This document shows positions 1 through 8,294 of a stretch of 37,340 bases of DNA, one piece after another; positions within the stretch are counted from its first letter, which is position 1, and every line of letters begins with the position of its first letter. The stretch lies in the IMG/VR virus record IMGVR_UViG_3300020181_000008, positions 1-37,340 of that record; one strand, written 5' to 3'. The DNA is from a virus. Its lineage: Duplodnaviria; Caudoviricetes. Below the pieces are notes generated by a model. The model was not told the DNA's origin. It did no database searches and worked only from the letters and a program-made list of their open reading frames with translations. The position numbers and the translations under genes are program-made.

Positions 1-127
1 TCGTTTAGGCTTGATACGGTGCCGTCATGCGGCAAGAAGTGCCAGCCGTAGTTATATCCCAACGCTTCAGACTTGGCCTTCAGCTCGTCAGCCATCGCTT
101 CGATATTCGAGCCGTTTATCTCGATAA
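1..127. repeat. Terminal direct repeat, left copy (circular-assembly overlap)
   Basis: 1-127 is identical to 37214-37340. The terminase ORF reads in frame across the junction. Confidence 0.97.
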
Positions 128-998
128 GATCTATTAAGCGCGGCACGCCTTTAAAATACTGGAAGAAGCCCAGGACCATACTATCCGACTTACCCAGATC
201 CCAGGCAGTAAACACCGGATAGGCCGGGTTATAGGGGTGAAGGCCGATAGTGCCGTCCTTGTCTTTTTTGCCCATAATTTCACCGTAGTAGCTGGCGGTC
301 GAAGACTGGCCCCAGTCAAGCAGGATCTCCTGCCTATAAAGGAAGTCGTTGCCGTATTCATCAATATAGTCCTGGCGCAGCTCTTCCATTTCTTCAGGGG
401 TCATAAACCTGTCGCCAGGGATAAAACAGGTGTACTGCTTGCGTCTGGTCTTGGCAGCTTCATGGAGCTTCTTGAACGTGCCGCCAGAGATACCGTCTTG
501 CTTAGGGGTGCTGGCAATGATAATTTTACCGCCATTGCGGTTGGTGATTGGCCGGACTACACCCAGGACACCGCTTGGCAAGTCCACGAACTCATCGAAG
601 AAGTAAATCTTAGCGTTGGCACCGCGCAGGGCTTCGGCATTAGTCGCGCCCAGGACAAACAGCGTTGATCCGTTAATTAGCGTAATACGCATATCGTCTT
701 CGGTATTGGACTGGGACTGGACTAGCTCTTTAGGTATGTGATCCAGGGTCTTGAAGCCGTCATTTTCGATGTTGGTCCAGAAGTTTTTGAAGCCCTGCTT
801 GGCAGTAGGGTAAACGATAACGACGTTCATCGTCTCTTTGACCATAGCTGGAATAATATGCTCGACGAAAACAGTATAGGTTTTGGCACCGCGTCGGGCC
901 ACGACTAGCACCGCCTGGCGAAGATCAGGAGAGTCGAGAGCCGTTACAATTTCTTGCTGATAATCGCGTAATGGTAGGCGGTGAGCCGGTATTTGCAT
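1..998 (-). CDS. terL: Terminase large subunit, N-terminal part (ATG at 998; continues across the origin to 36847; ~454 aa total)
   Basis: Manual translation: MQIPAHRLPLRDYQQE, Walker A ARRGAKT, Walker B IYFFDE, coupling motif ASTP, YRQEILLDW, nuclease motif AWDLGKSD. In frame with ORF 36847-37308. Missing from the ORF track because it wraps. Confidence 0.93.
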   Translation of the reverse strand, partial: MQIPAHRLPLRDYQQEIVTALDSPDLRQAVLVVARRGAKTYTVFVEHIIPAMVKETMNVVIVYPTAKQGFKNFWTNIENDGFKTLDHIPKELVQSQSNTEDDMRITLINGSTLFVLGATNAEALRGANAKIYFFDEFVDLPSGVLGVVRPITNRNGGKIIIASTPKQDGISGGTFKKLHEAAKTRRKQYTCFIPGDRFMTPEEMEELRQDYIDEYGNDFLYRQEILLDWGQSSTASYYGEIMGKKDKDGTIGLHPYNPAYPVFTAWDLGKSDSMVLGFFQYFKGVPRLIDLIEINGSNIEAMADELKAKSEALGYNYGWHFLPHDGTVSSLN

Positions 999-1089
999 AA
1001 TATTTGCTTGACCTATAATCCTTGTGGTATTCTTAGCATAACAGAAGACGAGACAAATAATTTAATTTAGATTTTGAAAGGATTGCTTT

Positions 1090-1941
1090 ATGCCATCTCA
1101 ATACGGTATTAAGACCGCTTCGATCCTCGATGTCCCTATCGAGAAGAAGTCCTATGTTGCTCGTCATTTAAACGCTAACGGTGTAGACTTTACGTCTGCC
1201 CAGACTGTTCGTCTGTTGAACTACGATATTAGCGGTGGTTCGCTCGGTACTTACGACGAAACAGCAATTTCACAAACTGTAACCCTGGCCGAAACTGATA
1301 AGCAGGACATGACCCTGGCCTACAACAAATACAAGTTCCTGCGTATTCAGGACACTTTGGAGCAAGATACTCCTATTGCGTCTCTGGCCAGTAAGTTCGC
1401 CAAAACTTGGGTTTACGAGAAGTTTATCCCAGACTTCGACGCTTATGCCCTGACCAAAATTATCGCTGCTCGTCCAGTCGCTAATAAGGTCTTCTGGAAT
1501 AGCTCGACCGATAGCATCAAGCTCAAGTTCTTCAACACCGTAACTAAGGTTAAGCGTGGTGGCGGCACCCCTGACAATAGCATTGCCTGGGTACCTTACG
1601 CCTTCTCTGACACCCTAAAGGCCCTGATTACGACCTTCGATGGCTCTGATCTTGGCTACACCGCCGGTAAAAACGGTGTTCTGGGCCAGTTAGACGGCGT
1701 GGTCGTTGTCGAAACCGAAGATACCCTGTTCCCTGCGAATATGGATATCGTGGTTGCCGACAAGCGCGCTGTGGTCCGCGTTACTCCTAAGATGGATCCT
1801 GCTACCGGAAGTGGCATGAAGCTCATCAAGGACGTACCGGGTCATGGTGGCTCCGAGTTGCAGCTTCGCGCTCGCGGCGACGTCTTCGTCTTCGGACTGA
1901 AGGCTAAAGCCATCGCTACCCTGGAGCGTTCAAACTCCTAA
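1090..1941 (+). CDS. Major capsid protein (probable)
   Basis: 283 aa with a GVLGQLDGVVVVE motif typical of HK97-fold capsids. Followed by a strong terminator. Next same-strand gene after the scaffold block once TerL is skipped. Confidence 0.8.
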   Translation: MPSQYGIKTASILDVPIEKKSYVARHLNANGVDFTSAQTVRLLNYDISGGSLGTYDETAISQTVTLAETDKQDMTLAYNKYKFLRIQDTLEQDTPIASLASKFAKTWVYEKFIPDFDAYALTKIIAARPVANKVFWNSSTDSIKLKFFNTVTKVKRGGGTPDNSIAWVPYAFSDTLKALITTFDGSDLGYTAGKNGVLGQLDGVVVVETEDTLFPANMDIVVADKRAVVRVTPKMDPATGSGMKLIKDVPGHGGSELQLRARGDVFVFGLKAKAIATLERSNS

Positions 1942-1962
1942 CCCTAGCGGTCAAAAAAGCAT

Positions 1963-1989
1963 AAGAGGGCTACCAGTTAGCCCTCTTTT
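1963..1989 (+). terminator. Intrinsic terminator after capsid gene
   Basis: AAGAGGGCTA-ccagt-TAGCCCTCTT-TT. Confidence 0.85.
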
Positions 1990-2005
1990 GTTATATTATT
2001 AAGCT

Positions 2006-3280
2006 ATGCAATCAATCGCCTATCTTAAAGCAAGTGATGGATCCGGTAATGCCAGCGTTGCTACCGTCCAGACGGCCCGGTCTGGCGGCGCTTCCACTAT
2101 TGAAGTAAACACCGTCCAGGGCATACCGGCCAAGTTTGCTGGCAGCATGGGTACACCTCACACCTTTATTGATCCAGTAACTAGCGAAGAGATAACCGTT
2201 ATTTCCGAAGATACTGCGGTGGACTTTTTCGGCCATGTGGACGGCAGCGATCTTGAGATTGACCAGATCGCGCCAGGCTACACCGATAACGGCAGCGACG
2301 TCGGCGACATTATTATAATTCGACCAATCACCGAGTACGCTAACAACCTCGCTAATATTTTAGGGGCCGCGCATCAGGACGATGGCAAGCTCCTAACTAC
2401 CTCTCTCGACGAGTTTTATAAGCCTAGCGAATTAACTCCTAATAATTTTGTAGCTTCAGGCGGTGTCATCGCTCTGGTTAGCCTTTTGACCGCCAGTTTC
2501 TCTAATATTGTTTATTACATGAGCGGCCTTCGCCGCACCAAGACTGGCGTAGCTAACCGCGCCTATATCGCTAACCGCGACACCTACGTTGATATTGATA
2601 GTACCGGCACCCTTTATTACACAGAAGTCGCCAATGGCGCTACTACTGGCTTTACTCTAGCTGCCGGCCGTATGCGCTTAGCTAAGGTCGTTACAAATGG
2701 CTCAACAATTACCTCTATCACTCAAAGCGGCTATGATGTGCTTAATAACAGGATTTATAACCGTTATCCGCTAACGGTTGAACAAACTCCATTTTTCTTT
2801 GAAGAAATTGGTCGCACTAAATTACTAGCTGGCGTTACTAATTTTAGCGTTAACTTCCCCCCTCGTAACTTCTTAAAAGTAATGGTATTTACCGTGGCGC
2901 AAACAGCCGTACTTCGGCAGTTAATGCGCTATAACAACGATAGCACTAATAGCTATTCTGACACTTATTCCCAGCCAGACAGCGCTGGCCCTGTTCGCGG
3001 TCATGACACCGGCCAAAACGCCCATTATATGGATATCAATAACCTCTCTCCTGGTGATCGCTATAATGGCCATATTGAGATTACTAATAAAGTAGGTCAG
3101 CCTAAGCTATCATTTATTAATGGGTATTATACGGCTTATAGTCCTAGCGCCTGGCAGGTGCCTGGCCTGTTTTATAATCAGTGGGCCAAAAACGAACAGG
3201 CTACTAGCATTCAAATAAACACTATTGCAGGTGGTACGTTTGCCTCTGAAAGTGAGATAGTGGTATTAGGTCGTGATTAG
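2006..3280 (+). CDS. Tail fibre / receptor-binding protein (probable)
   Basis: 424 aa, Gly/Thr/Ser-rich and beta-rich. C-terminal ...ITSIQI...GGTFASESEIVVLG-like segment resembles phage fibre tips. Confidence 0.65.
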   Translation: MQSIAYLKASDGSGNASVATVQTARSGGASTIEVNTVQGIPAKFAGSMGTPHTFIDPVTSEEITVISEDTAVDFFGHVDGSDLEIDQIAPGYTDNGSDVGDIIIIRPITEYANNLANILGAAHQDDGKLLTTSLDEFYKPSELTPNNFVASGGVIALVSLLTASFSNIVYYMSGLRRTKTGVANRAYIANRDTYVDIDSTGTLYYTEVANGATTGFTLAAGRMRLAKVVTNGSTITSITQSGYDVLNNRIYNRYPLTVEQTPFFFEEIGRTKLLAGVTNFSVNFPPRNFLKVMVFTVAQTAVLRQLMRYNNDSTNSYSDTYSQPDSAGPVRGHDTGQNAHYMDINNLSPGDRYNGHIEITNKVGQPKLSFINGYYTAYSPSAWQVPGLFYNQWAKNEQATSIQINTIAGGTFASESEIVVLGRD

Positions 3281-3327
3281 CCTGAAATCTAACAGTCAAA
3301 TCACCGTACAGGGCGCATACTAAAACT

Positions 3328-3438
3328 ATGGAAGAGCTAATTTTTATCATAATCGCTTTCACCGCAGGATTCGTATGTGGTTTACTAGTCAAATACGAAT
3401 TATTCAAGGTGGTACAGCGCTATGGCAAAGAAAGCTAA
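3328..3438 (+). CDS. 36-aa single-TM protein
   Basis: MEELIFIIIAFTAGFVCGLLVKYELFKVVQRYGKES; overlaps the next gene. Below the ORF-track cutoff. Confidence 0.6.
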   Translation: MEELIFIIIAFTAGFVCGLLVKYELFKVVQRYGKES

Positions 3439-3661
3439 AAATAAAAAACAAGTTCAGCAAGAAGTCGTACTCGATAACTATGCTCGTATTCTACAGATCG
3501 TGGCCATTATTGCGGTGGTTGTAGTCGTGGTGGTAGATCAGCTAACCCCTACATCTGATATTCCAATCTGGGTACCAGCCGGCCTATTAGGGGTGGCTGT
3601 AGGGCTTAGCCCGGATCAGATCGCGGATATTATTAAAAGCATCTTTAGGGGGAAAAGATAA
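3422..3661 (+). CDS. Two-TM membrane protein, holin-like
   Basis: Two hydrophobic segments with basic termini, upstream of the endolysin. Confidence 0.55.
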   Translation: MAKKAKNKKQVQQEVVLDNYARILQIVAIIAVVVVVVVDQLTPTSDIPIWVPAGLLGVAVGLSPDQIADIIKSIFRGKR

Positions 3662-4428
3662 TGCGTAAAACCGGCCAAGTTATAGTCAACGTAATGAAGG
3701 TGTTTTTAGTGCGTGCCTTGCCAGTAGTAACGCTGGCTATTCTCTTTGGCGTTTTGGCGGTCCAGATTGATAAATGGCGAGTCGAAAACTCCGACCCCTC
3801 TAATTATATTAACTACACCGCATTTGACGTTCAGAACTCGCGTGCTGGCGAAGACGTATATTTTAAGGTCTGCCGCGAGCATCAAGAAAACTACACCTAT
3901 GATGGCGCCCTGACCGTCTATATTTATCGCGATGTGGATCCACGCGGCACCCAAACTAAGGTCTTTGCTAAAGAAATTGGCGGCAGTATTCGAACTGACT
4001 GCGAAAACAAGGTATTGCGTGCTAGCGACTTCAGGCATACGCCTGGCACCTACAAGATGGCGTTTTGTATAGATTTTCATGTGAAATACGGCATACAAAA
4101 AACTGTTTGCCGCGAGAGTAACATCTATAAGATCTACCCTCAGCCTACCGATATTAATCAGCAGATCGAGTATTACCAGAATCAGATTAATATCTTGCAG
4201 CAACAGCTTCAAGATAGCGGCGTTAGTAGTCCCAGCATGACCCTACCTCAGAGTCGGCAACCTAGCAATATTGGCGTCCCTGGAGCCACTACTTCCCCCT
4301 CTGTAACTAACAATACTACCAATAACACCACGAACAATACGACCAACAATCCGCCCCCAGAAGATGATAGCACCACGCTCAACCAGTTACCGGTGGTCGG
4401 TGGACTATTAAAGGCGATAGGACTATAA
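3661..4428 (+). CDS. Membrane-anchored protein with Cys-containing beta domain, coiled coil and TNNT repeats
   Basis: N-terminal TM, four Cys, Q-rich heptads and a (TNNT)n linker; lies in the lysis cluster. Confidence 0.6.
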   Translation: MRKTGQVIVNVMKVFLVRALPVVTLAILFGVLAVQIDKWRVENSDPSNYINYTAFDVQNSRAGEDVYFKVCREHQENYTYDGALTVYIYRDVDPRGTQTKVFAKEIGGSIRTDCENKVLRASDFRHTPGTYKMAFCIDFHVKYGIQKTVCRESNIYKIYPQPTDINQQIEYYQNQINILQQQLQDSGVSSPSMTLPQSRQPSNIGVPGATTSPSVTNNTTNNTTNNTTNNPPPEDDSTTLNQLPVVGGLLKAIGL

Positions 4429-4458
4429 TGCGAGTAAATCAAGCATAAGGAGATAATT

Positions 4459-5766
4459 ATGCCCAGGCGACCAGTAAATGCACCCTACACAATAACCACT
4501 GAGTTTGGCGTACCTGACTCTTATGCTAAGTTTGGCCGACACTCTGGCGTAGATTATGCCGTCCCAAAAGGCCGGCCTGTTTACGCCCCTATTAGCGGCG
4601 TCTTGACCAATGTTGTTTCTCCTACTGGTGGTAATATGGTTTGTATTTTTGACGGCCAGTTTATGCACCGTAAGATGCACAATAACGCTTTTGCTCGTCA
4701 AAATGGCTCTGTTCAAGAAGGCGATATCGTTGCTTACGCTGGGTCTACTGGCCTGTCTACTGGCGATCATTGCCACTGGGACATCAATGATGAAGGCATC
4801 TATCCTACTTCCTTCTCTCGCTTTAAAGCTCCTGCCGAGTGGCTAGCTGGCGCATATCAGCCTAAGCCAGCACCTACGCCTACCCCCGCCGCAGATCCTA
4901 GAGCTGGCCTAGAGCCACATCAGCGCCGACTCTCTAACCCTGATGGCGTAAACCGCCGTTCAGCGCCTTCAACGGCCGCAGGGACACTTATCAAGGAAGA
5001 GCCATTTGATACAGATCCTTGGAACTTCAAGGGCTTTGTTAAAGGTGAAATGGTCAACGGTAACGACATTTGGTTTGTCGGTACTTCCGGCAACTACTTC
5101 TACTCTGGCGCTTTTCATGGTGGCGCCGACACTACTGGCTTGCAGGACCTAACCCCAGCTAAGCCAATTCCGGTACCAAAACCAGAGCCAATTCCTACCT
5201 TTGAAAAAGAGCTTAAAACTATTACCGAAGTTATCCCTGCTCACCCTAGTAACTATGAAGTCGGCAACTTCCCTGCCAAACCTACTGGCGTAGTGCTTCA
5301 TGACCTAGGGACTGATGGCCGCGATACGCTTCAATCCAGTCTTAATCATTTTGGCAAAGAAAACACGACCGCGCCGCACATTACTATTAGTGGCAAGCGC
5401 AAGATCCAAAATGTTAGCCTGAAAAATCGCGCCTACCACGCCGGGCCGCAGGGTAACGATAAGATTGGTATTGAAATTGATCCAGACGTGGACACTAATC
5501 CCGATACCAAAAACAGCGTTTTGGACGTGCTTAAAGAGCTAGACACTATGTACCCTGGCCTGACTCGATACCTACATAGCCAGTTCATGGCTACTAGCTG
5601 TGGCGATGATGTTCAAAAGGCCAATCTTTTGATCCCGCCCGAAGCTCCTGTTTCGCCGCGCGATGAAGCTCAAGATAAACGGCTTACAGCTATCGAAGCA
5701 GCACTAGCGCAAATAAATGCATTTATTGCTAAAATAAAAGAGTTCTTTCCGTTCTTAAATAAGTAA
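4459..5766 (+). CDS. Endolysin: M23 peptidase + cell-wall-binding domain + amidase_2-like domain
   Basis: M23 motifs HSGVDY and TGLSTGDHCH. Central GEMVNGNDIWF domain. Amidase motifs VVLHD, AYHAG, IGIEI, HSQFMATSC. SD AAGGAG. Confidence 0.88.
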   Translation: MPRRPVNAPYTITTEFGVPDSYAKFGRHSGVDYAVPKGRPVYAPISGVLTNVVSPTGGNMVCIFDGQFMHRKMHNNAFARQNGSVQEGDIVAYAGSTGLSTGDHCHWDINDEGIYPTSFSRFKAPAEWLAGAYQPKPAPTPTPAADPRAGLEPHQRRLSNPDGVNRRSAPSTAAGTLIKEEPFDTDPWNFKGFVKGEMVNGNDIWFVGTSGNYFYSGAFHGGADTTGLQDLTPAKPIPVPKPEPIPTFEKELKTITEVIPAHPSNYEVGNFPAKPTGVVLHDLGTDGRDTLQSSLNHFGKENTTAPHITISGKRKIQNVSLKNRAYHAGPQGNDKIGIEIDPDVDTNPDTKNSVLDVLKELDTMYPGLTRYLHSQFMATSCGDDVQKANLLIPPEAPVSPRDEAQDKRLTAIEAALAQINAFIAKIKEFFPFLNK

Positions 5767-5776
5767 AGGAGAATCT

Positions 5777-6052
5777 ATGGAAGCAGTAATATTTATCGGT
5801 CTGGTAGTGGTAGCCATCACCCAGATAATTAAAATGTTTGTGCCGGCCGTCAATGGTGCGGTAACAATCATAGTCGCGCTCATCGTAGGTGCGGTAGTAG
5901 GTGCGCTCGATCAAGTCCTAGGCGTTACTGACGTAACTATCGCAGAAGGCATCGCTGGTGCCTTGAACGGAATCGGTCTATCTACCCTGGCTGGTAAAGC
6001 CGGCGGCGGAACGGCCGGTGATGGCGACTCGCGCGTTGTTTCTCGCGGATAA
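5777..6052 (+). CDS. Holin (probable)
   Basis: 91 aa with 2-3 TM segments, immediately after the endolysin; SD AAGGAG. Confidence 0.75.
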   Translation: MEAVIFIGLVVVAITQIIKMFVPAVNGAVTIIVALIVGAVVGALDQVLGVTDVTIAEGIAGALNGIGLSTLAGKAGGGTAGDGDSRVVSRG

Positions 6053-6063
6053 TCTGACTCATA

Positions 6064-6096
6064 AAAAAAGACCGCCCTCGCATAGCGGTCTTTTTT
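6064..6096. terminator. Bidirectional intrinsic terminator
   Basis: AAAAAAGACCGC-cctcgcata-GCGGTCTTTTTT. Confidence 0.9.
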
Positions 6097-6286
6097 GTTT
6101 GTTTTAAAACGCCTTTACAAGACGCCAACTCACAAAGTCAGTATAGCATAACTCTAATGGTTATGCTTAAATTATTTCGAGTATTGTACCTTTAACTAAA
6201 CTCCACCTTTGCGGAATCTCTCAAACAGGGTAACGTATCTAAAACAAAAGTCGTTGAAAAAACAGGGAATATACTCACCTGACAGC

Positions 6287-6313
6287 CGCCCCTCACCTAA
6301 AGAGGGGCTTTTT
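6287..6313 (+). terminator. Intrinsic terminator-like hairpin
   Basis: GCCCCTC-acctaaa-GAGGGGC-TTTTT. Confidence 0.6.
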
Positions 6314-6319
6314 GTTTGC

Positions 6320-6385
6320 AAAAATAAAGCCGCCCCTCAAGAGAATAGCAATTTTGGAACGCTGATATTCGAAGGGGCGACCACT
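6320..6385 (-). ncRNA. Candidate small regulatory RNA (hairpin + U-tract)
   Basis: Directly downstream of a perfect sigma70 promoter. Folds GGUCGCCCCUU...GAGGGGCGGCU followed by UUAUUUUU. Only a 15-codon ORF is possible. Confidence 0.55.
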
Positions 6386-6391
6386 GCTGCA

Positions 6392-6420
6392 ATTATAGCA
6401 GTAACAGGGGTAGCTGTCAA
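6392..6420 (-). promoter_or_regulatory. Consensus sigma70 promoter
   Basis: TTGACA-17 bp-TATAAT with extended -10 TG (TGCTATAAT). Confidence 0.85.
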
Positions 6421-6455
6421 TAGGGTGCAAGTAGGGGTCTAAGATAGGGTGCAAG
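6421..6455. repeat. TAGGGTGCAAG direct repeat (2 copies) between divergent promoters
   Basis: Copies start at 6421 and about 6445, with a related TAGGGGTCTAAG between them; a plus-strand TGGTATAAT follows at 6461-6469. Confidence 0.55.
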
Positions 6456-6561
6456 ATAAGTGGTATAATGGATATGCTAAATAGGAGTAGTTTTATTAGC
6501 AAGACAATACCGTTTGAGCTTTTTTTTGAAGAGCTACCAAGCGCCGCAATACTAAGAAAAC

Positions 6562-7158
6562 TTAAGCCAAAGCGTCAGTCGTAACAGATTGGCGCTTTTT
6601 CATATCAAGCCGCAGCTTGCGCCGGATATTGTCGCCTATTAGACGGTCATAACCGATCTCCACGACAATTAATTGCTCCTGATCCACGATGTCAGGATTG
6701 AAAGCCAACAGCCGCGCCTTACGCTTGCCGGTGATAATCATACCGAAAAATATCTGGACCTTATACTGAAGCGGTATTTTACTGGCGATAATGCCCTGAA
6801 GATCTGAGAGTGGCATTTTATCAGATATAAGCCCCTTGTGGCGCATTTCAATTAGCGCCTTGCACTCAAGCAGCCAGGCCCGGTCAATACCGTCCGGACT
6901 GTAGCCGGCGTTCGGATAGACGCTATTTGTTACAAAGCCTGGGCGCTGGACTTTAACTCGATACTTGCGCTCATATTCACGAATTGCCGCCACTTCTAGC
7001 GCGTGGCCACGCCTTGTGGCGTCGTTGCCGCTCCAATCTGAGTCTGGCAGCAATTGCTTGCCCTGGAGCAGCCTAATGGCCGTTGAGCCGGTCCACAGGC
7101 CCTTTCGCAGCAGTTTCCAGGCAGGACTGCCCTGTATGACGTCATGCCAGGTAATCAA
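6562..7158 (-). CDS. YqaJ/lambda-exonuclease-like recombination nuclease
   Basis: QGSPAW..LR, RGHALE, YSPDG, LLECK and Y..Q motifs. Probable TTG start at 7158 overlapping the upstream stop (TTGA). Confidence 0.88.
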   Translation of the reverse strand: MITWHDVIQGSPAWKLLRKGLWTGSTAIRLLQGKQLLPDSDWSGNDATRRGHALEVAAIREYERKYRVKVQRPGFVTNSVYPNAGYSPDGIDRAWLLECKALIEMRHKGLISDKMPLSDLQGIIASKIPLQYKVQIFFGMIITGKRKARLLAFNPDIVDQEQLIVVEIGYDRLIGDNIRRKLRLDMKKRQSVTTDALA

Positions 7159-7286
7159 AACCAAAGCTCCCCGCAACTATCACATTTCCAAATAGACACT
7201 TGGCCCATTAATTCATAGTGGTCAAAGTGTAGTTTACCGTCATCTTCGTTTGGACAGCTAGGTAATAAAAATCGAAGCCACCTCAC
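7155..7286 (-). CDS. 43-aa zinc-ribbon-like microprotein
   Basis: MRWLRFLLPSCPNEDDGKLHFDHYELMGQVSIWKCDSCGELWF; 4-nt overlaps with both neighbours. Confidence 0.6.
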   Translation of the reverse strand: MRWLRFLLPSCPNEDDGKLHFDHYELMGQVSIWKCDSCGELWF

Positions 7287-7564
7287 AGCATTAATTCCAG
7301 TTCTTCTTTAATTTCTGGCCAATTCTCAGGATATACCACTTTAGCGTAAGACCAATTATTAAGCCTTTCAAGCGTAATTTTCTGAAGGGGTTGATATTTA
7401 GAACGCGCACTACCTTTAACTTCAAGCGCAAACCACAGACCACCGCATAGAGCAATAATGTCCGGGCAACCATCTGGTGTACCGACTCCCCCTGTTTTGA
7501 TGACATAACACCCCTTTCCCTTAAGGTATTTGATAATCTTAGATTGTAATTGCCGCTCAGTCAT
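7283..7564 (-). CDS. VRR-NUC domain nuclease (Holliday-junction-resolvase-like)
   Basis: MTERQLQSKII, GCPDII, ALEVK and PLQK motifs. Confidence 0.88.
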   Translation of the reverse strand: MTERQLQSKIIKYLKGKGCYVIKTGGVGTPDGCPDIIALCGGLWFALEVKGSARSKYQPLQKITLERLNNWSYAKVVYPENWPEIKEELELML

Positions 7565-8294
7565 TATCCAGTCCTTCGGCCAGGATCTCCAGCCCCTTCT
7601 GACTTTGAGCGAAGCCGCGCAGCCAGCCAGCAGTCATGGCTTTATTCTCCGCATAGTAAACGCCTTTTTCGTCTAACTGGGCGTGCGAAGGGGCCACCAG
7701 TTCGGTATAGTCGTCCACATAAACATCATCGCCGCCAAGCAAATTAATGGCCTTTGGCAGCTTACCATCAATCTGATCGAATACTAGCTCGATGGCCCGG
7801 AACCGGCCCTTAGTAACGTGCTTGAGTAAATTAGCCACGATCACCGACTTCACCTTTGGCTTATGCTCGACTGGCTTACCGTCTTCAATTCGCTTTTTAT
7901 AAAGTTTGACTACCCGGATCACATCACGCGGCATCTTACGCATTTCCTTTAGCGTCTCGCGCAGTTTTGCGGTCGCAGGGTCATAACTAGCCGGTTCGCT
8001 GGCTTTAGCGCCTTCAGGGGCTTCTATTTGCTTCGGACCTTGCTCGATCTCCTTAGCGTTTACATACCGGGTGTAAAACTTAGGAACTTTGATCTCGATA
8101 AGTGTATCTTGTAGGCCATCAATGCGGTCGAAGGCCAGCTTTATAGCGGCAATGTCATCAGTGTCGGCACAGACCCGGACCAGGGAACAGAGTACCACGT
8201 CGTCCACGCTGGCCCCTTTGTCTTGCTCCAGAGCGATAAACTCACCCCAGTCAAGGTGTATTATTTCTTCAAATCTGGTTTTTAGACTAGCCAT
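7557..8294 (-). CDS. Terminase small subunit-like protein with internal duplication
   Basis: Two copies of a TerS-type helix motif: AAIKLAFDRIDG and RAIELVFDQIDGKLP. Confidence 0.5.
   Translation of the reverse strand: MASLKTRFEEIIHLDWGEFIALEQDKGASVDDVVLCSLVRVCADTDDIAAIKLAFDRIDGLQDTLIEIKVPKFYTRYVNAKEIEQGPKQIEAPEGAKASEPASYDPATAKLRETLKEMRKMPRDVIRVVKLYKKRIEDGKPVEHKPKVKSVIVANLLKHVTKGRFRAIELVFDQIDGKLPKAINLLGGDDVYVDDYTELVAPSHAQLDEKGVYYAENKAMTAGWLRGFAQSQKGLEILAEGLDND

Noticed and set aside
1-127. Biological terminal repeat
   Set aside because: 127 bp equals a common assembler k-mer and falls mid-terL, so it is best explained as a circularisation artefact.
134-668. ORF-track entries 134-364 and 237-668
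   Set aside because: They are off-frame or antisense shadows of terL.
6284-6455. Mini-CRISPR array from AGCCGCCCCTCA or TAGGGTGCAAG repeats
   Set aside because: Only two copies of 11-12 bp, explained by hairpin arms or operators, and no cas genes.
6209-6502. ORFs 6209-6442 (+) and 6293-6502 (-)
   Set aside because: They have weak starts, run through terminators and promoters, and carry no recognisable motif.
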